Source of the DNA: Candidatus Hermodarchaeota archaeon
GTDB taxonomy: Archaea > Asgardarchaeota > Lokiarchaeia > Sigyniarchaeales > SOKP01
DNA length: 52,382 nucleotides
Assembly (NCBI GenBank): GCA_048885535.1
Contig: JBHLLO010000015.1
Coordinates: forward strand, 1-52,382
Reading direction: 5' to 3'
Positions within the stretch are counted from its first letter, which is position 1, and every line of letters starts with the position of its first letter. Made by a program: the position numbers and the translations under genes. Shown in pieces: positions 48,434 to 52,382 of the stretch. The notes below the pieces were generated by a model. It saw only the letters and a program-made list of their open reading frames with translations, was not told the DNA's origin and ran no database searches.

Positions 48434-49528
48434 TTAAAATATTTTTTCGTTAATTATGTTAACAATCCTTTTAGAAGTTTTCCCATCCCATTTTTCTATT
48501 TTTTGACCATTTTTATAAGAGTTTGATAGAATTTTTTCCAAACACATTTTTAATATATTGAAATCATTATTGATCAATGTATTTGTACCTTTTTCAATCG
48601 TAATGGGTCTTTCAGTATTCTTTCTTAAAGTTAAAATTGGTATATTGAGAAATGACGCCTCTTCTTGAATTCCTCCTGAATCTGTTAAAATGAATTTTGC
48701 ATGTATCATTAAGTTTAAAAATTCTAAGTAGCCTAATGGTTCAATCAAGATTATATTAGGTTTAATAATTTTATCCTTCAAATTGAATTTCTCCAAACTT
48801 TTCAGTGTTCTGGGGTGAATTGGGAAAACTATTTTCATTTTTGTCTGTATATAGTTTAGCATTTCAAGTACTAATTCGAGATCTGTTCTAGTATCCACAT
48901 TTGAAGGACGATGAATAGTTACTAATCCATACGAATTATCCTCCAATTTTAATTTTTTATAATAATCTTCTTTTTTTGCTTTTTCTAAATTATTAACCAA
49001 ATTATCAATCATGATATTTCCAACAAAAAAGACCTTCTCTAAATCAATTCCCTCTTTTTTCAAGTTATCAAAAGCACTTTTTTCAGTTGTAAACAAATAA
49101 TCAGAAAGCTGATCAGTTAAAATCCGATTTATTTCTTCGGGCATAGTCAGATCGTTGCTTCTTAACCCAGCTTCAATATGAGCGATTTTGATAAATAATT
49201 TTTTGGCAACTAAGGCACAAGCGATAGTTGAGTTGACATCACCAACCACTATCACCAATAATGGTCTATTACTTAGTATAACCTTCTCAAATTCAATCAT
49301 TATTTTTGCAGTCTGAGTTGCATGAGATCCTGAGCCTACATTAAGAAAATAGTCGGGTTCTAGTATATCTAAGGCATCAAAAAATACTTTTGACATGTTA
49401 TAATCATAATGCTGCCCCGTGTGAATTATTTTAAAATCAATTTTTTGATTTCTAAGTTCCTTAATTAAAGGCGCAATCTTCATGAAGTTAGGTCTTGCTC
49501 CTCCTACAATAAATATATCATTACTCAT
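48434..49528 (-). CDS. wecB: UDP-N-acetylglucosamine 2-epimerase (non-hydrolysing)
   Basis: GARPNFMKIAP, HTGQHYD, VGDVNS, HIEAGLRS, PEEINR, TDSGGIQEEA, TERP. Confidence 0.95.
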   Translation of the reverse strand: MSNDIFIVGGARPNFMKIAPLIKELRNQKIDFKIIHTGQHYDYNMSKVFFDALDILEPDYFLNVGSGSHATQTAKIMIEFEKVILSNRPLLVIVVGDVNSTIACALVAKKLFIKIAHIEAGLRSNDLTMPEEINRILTDQLSDYLFTTEKSAFDNLKKEGIDLEKVFFVGNIMIDNLVNNLEKAKKEDYYKKLKLEDNSYGLVTIHRPSNVDTRTDLELVLEMLNYIQTKMKIVFPIHPRTLKSLEKFNLKDKIIKPNIILIEPLGYLEFLNLMIHAKFILTDSGGIQEEASFLNIPILTLRKNTERPITIEKGTNTLINNDFNILKMCLEKILSNSYKNGQKIEKWDGKTSKRIVNIINEKIF

Positions 49529-49663
49529 GGTTTAAAAGCTAGGATTTTTATAATTGAAAATTATTTTTTTTAATTGAAACTACATTTTACTCCTTTTATT
49601 TCTCTAATTTTTTATATTATTAATAATTTCATAGAACTAATTAGAAGCAAAAAGTAAATAATA

Positions 49664-50989
49664 TTGAGTTTATTCAAGAAGATCGGAAGTTTATTGCAGA
49701 ATAAGGTATGGCAGAAACTTTTTGAGAATTTTTTATCTTTATCAGTACTTCAAGGACTGACTTCGCTTGCTGAATTGATCACACTTCCTTATCTAACCAC
49801 GACCTTAGGAGCTAACTATTATGGTCTTATATCTTTTGCTATCTCCTTTATAGCGTTTTTTCAAATAATCACAGAATATGGGTTTGATTACTCAGGAACA
49901 CGTGCGATATCCAAATATCGAGATGAGCCAGAAAAGATACAAAGGATTTATAGTGCAATTAACCTTGTTAAGGTCATCATCTCAAGTATATGTTTTGTAT
50001 TGATAATTATAATTATTTTTATGTTTGAAAGATTTAGACAAAACTCCATTATTTATCTTCTATTATTTGGTTTAATAATTCAAAGCATTTTATTTCCTAT
50101 TTGGTTCTTTAGAGGGATTGAGAAGATGAAATATATTACCATAATTGATTTTATCGGAAAGGTCTTTCTTATTATCGCTATATTCTCATTTATAAATTCA
50201 GAAGTAAATTATGTTTTATATCCTTTTTTTATCTTACTAAATGCAATTTTTATCGGATTAATTGCCCAAATTTTCATATTTAAGAAATATAAGATAAAAC
50301 TCAATAGAAGCTCTTTCAGTGAAATTAAATATCAGTTCTCAAGTGGGTTTTTTATGTTTTTAGTCTATTTTTCTTCAAATATCATTACTAATTTTAATCC
50401 TTTTATTTTAGGTTTACTAGTGGATTATAGCTATGTAGGAATTTTTATGGCAGGTTATAAAATCATCCAGATATTCGTAACAATCATATCATTAATCACT
50501 ATTACAGTATTCCCCCATATCGTAAAAGTAATTTCTGAAAGGAACAATAAGGTAGAGTCTAATACATTTAAATTTATCAAGAAGGTTCTAATTCTAATAA
50601 TTGTAATAGGGTTGTTATCATTTGCTTTTCTTTTTATTTTTGCTGATTTTACAGTAAGTTTCTTATTTGATATTGAGTATAGAGACACAATTAATGTAAT
50701 AAGAATACTCTCAATTGCTCCTTTACTTATTGGAGTTGGTCATACTCTCACACTTCAAATCATGGTTCCTCTAGAATTTGATTCACAAGTTGCCAAAATT
50801 TATGGATTTTCAGCAGTTCTCAATATCATTTTATGTTTTGTTTTTATTCCAATATTTGGATTTTTAGCACTATGTTATATTATTTTAATCATTCGGATAA
50901 TACCTATAGTTCTTTCAATTATCTGGATTAGGAGAAATAAGGATAAATTAAATCAAACGAATTCAATAAATAAGGAAAATACCAGATAA
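49664..50989 (+). CDS. Oligosaccharide flippase (Wzx family)
   Basis: About 12 TM helices; TLPYLTTTLGANYYG, EYGF..SGTR.I, WFFRGIEKMKYI. Confidence 0.9.
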   Translation: MSLFKKIGSLLQNKVWQKLFENFLSLSVLQGLTSLAELITLPYLTTTLGANYYGLISFAISFIAFFQIITEYGFDYSGTRAISKYRDEPEKIQRIYSAINLVKVIISSICFVLIIIIIFMFERFRQNSIIYLLLFGLIIQSILFPIWFFRGIEKMKYITIIDFIGKVFLIIAIFSFINSEVNYVLYPFFILLNAIFIGLIAQIFIFKKYKIKLNRSSFSEIKYQFSSGFFMFLVYFSSNIITNFNPFILGLLVDYSYVGIFMAGYKIIQIFVTIISLITITVFPHIVKVISERNNKVESNTFKFIKKVLILIIVIGLLSFAFLFIFADFTVSFLFDIEYRDTINVIRILSIAPLLIGVGHTLTLQIMVPLEFDSQVAKIYGFSAVLNIILCFVFIPIFGFLALCYIILIIRIIPIVLSIIWIRRNKDKLNQTNSINKENTR

Positions 50990-51057
50990 TTTTGTTTATA
51001 ATAAGATTTTAAATCTATGTATAATTGTTTATAAAAAAATAAACGAATTATTGATTA

Positions 51058-51801
51058 ATGGTCACCACGTTATTAAAGAAAATTAGATCTTTTCAATTAA
51101 GGATTTCCAAATTCAAAAATTTTCTCTTCTTTGCAATCATACACAAAAAATTAAATTTAAAATGGATAGCAAAGAAATTTCTACTTATTTTTAAAATTAT
51201 TGATATAGGGGATAAAGTTGTTCCTTGGATACCCATTAAGGCAAAAATCTGGTTAGATAAAACACTTAAAGCAGATATGATTCTATATGAATTCGGTTCG
51301 GGATTATCAACATTGTATTTTTCAACAAAAGTTAAGAAAGTTATTTCGATAGAGCATAATAAAAAATGGTATAATCTAATGAAAAATGAATTGAAAAGTA
51401 AAGCAATAAATAACTGTGAATATTTTCTGGAAGAACCAGAACTTATCAATGCTAAGAATTCAAGATTAGCTGAAATTGAGTATACATCTGACTTAAAAGA
51501 TTATCAAGGATTCCACTTTAGAAGGTATGTTGAAAATATTGATAGATATCCTGACAACTCTTTCGATGTAGTTTTTATTGATGGGCGGGTGAGAATAGAT
51601 TGCATTTTACACTCAATCAATAAAATAAAAACCGGTGGTTTCTTAATATTGGACAATTCAGATGAAAAGAGATATAAATTAGCTCAAAAAGTTCTTAAAA
51701 GTTATAAGAACTTCAAAATTTTTGATATAGGTCTTTTAAATCCTTATTCTAAATATTCAAAAACCAGTTTCTGGGAAATGACAATTTGGAAAATCAATTA
51801 A
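51058..51801 (+). CDS. Class I SAM-dependent methyltransferase (glycan-cluster type)
   Basis: VPWI, YEFGSGLSTLYF, SIEHN..W, FDVVFIDGRVR, LILDNS. Confidence 0.85.
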   Translation: MVTTLLKKIRSFQLRISKFKNFLFFAIIHKKLNLKWIAKKFLLIFKIIDIGDKVVPWIPIKAKIWLDKTLKADMILYEFGSGLSTLYFSTKVKKVISIEHNKKWYNLMKNELKSKAINNCEYFLEEPELINAKNSRLAEIEYTSDLKDYQGFHFRRYVENIDRYPDNSFDVVFIDGRVRIDCILHSINKIKTGGFLILDNSDEKRYKLAQKVLKSYKNFKIFDIGLLNPYSKYSKTSFWEMTIWKIN

Positions 51802-51942
51802 AATATAGAGAAGAACACGATAAGTTAAATTAATACTTGTGAATTTTTATAAATTCTGTTAATATTTGAATCTGAATTCAATTTTACTAAGATTTTAAAT
51901 CTAAGAATAATAAGAAAACTTATATAATTCCAAATATCGTCT

Positions 51943-52382
51943 ATGAAGATTCCAGAAACTTTAAGAAGGATATTATTTTTTTTTTCGAAATTCTATTGTA
52001 AATTAACTAATAAATTAGAATACCAACTTCAAAAACATTATAAGTTCAATGAAAGAATAATAGAATATCAATTTATATTTAATGTATTAAAAGATATATA
52101 TCCAAAAACTTTACTCGATGTTGGCACTGGTACAACTGCCCTTCCTCACTTACTGAGTAAATCTGGTATTAACGTAACTGCTATAGATAATATTTATGAT
52201 TATTGGCCAAAAGGCATGTTTAATCGCCACTTTCATGTTATAAATAGTGATATCACTAAAGTAGAATTAAATCAAAAATTCGATGTAATAACTTGTATTA
52301 GCGTATTAGAGCATATAAGTAAATTCAATGATGCTATAGATACAATGATCACGTATTTAAAACCTAATGGTCATTTAATTCT
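51943..52382 (+). CDS. Class I SAM-dependent methyltransferase (partial; runs off the window)
   Basis: ATG 51943; NERIIEY, LLDVGTG, FDVITCISVLEHI, LKPNGHLI. Confidence 0.85.
   Translation, partial: MKIPETLRRILFFFSKFYCKLTNKLEYQLQKHYKFNERIIEYQFIFNVLKDIYPKTLLDVGTGTTALPHLLSKSGINVTAIDNIYDYWPKGMFNRHFHVINSDITKVELNQKFDVITCISVLEHISKFNDAIDTMITYLKPNGHLI

Noticed and set aside
1-52382. CRISPR arrays, transposases, integrases, rRNA
   Set aside because: No regularly spaced repeats or recognisable cas, IS, integrase or rRNA sequence seen by eye

Overview
AT-rich, gene-dense archaeal chromosome segment whose content points to an Asgard archaeon (Lokiarchaeia-like; inferred from gene content, not from a search). 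It encodes ubiquitin E1 and E2 enzymes, a Rab-like GTPase, a longin-GTPase fusion next to a roadblock protein, a GPN GTPase, an IFT52/GIFT-like protein, MIT/TPR repeat proteins, a RACo corrinoid activator, and the start of a glycan biosynthesis cluster. It also has two tRNAs (Trp, Tyr) that each carry two insertions. The main result lies outside the ORF track: two small membrane ORFs with an in-frame TGA (16265..16468, motif GGG-U-PC; 28805..28993, motif YSA-U-GQP). Each is followed by the same RNA architecture: a K-turn GA/GA core, a ~9-nt helix, a GRAAAUNNUAG loop and a CCC-YGCAA-GGG hairpin. This looks like a eukaryote-type SECIS. A third, decayed copy (17201..17392) has TGA changed to CGA and a degraded loop. 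Together these suggest a family of small membrane selenoproteins. Other notable items: two GTPase genes that appear to start at ATT after a Shine-Dalgarno site, a ~1640-aa repeat protein split at an A11 run, and a structured minus-strand RNA candidate at ~21680-21815. All calls are from reading the sequence; no database search or folding program was run.
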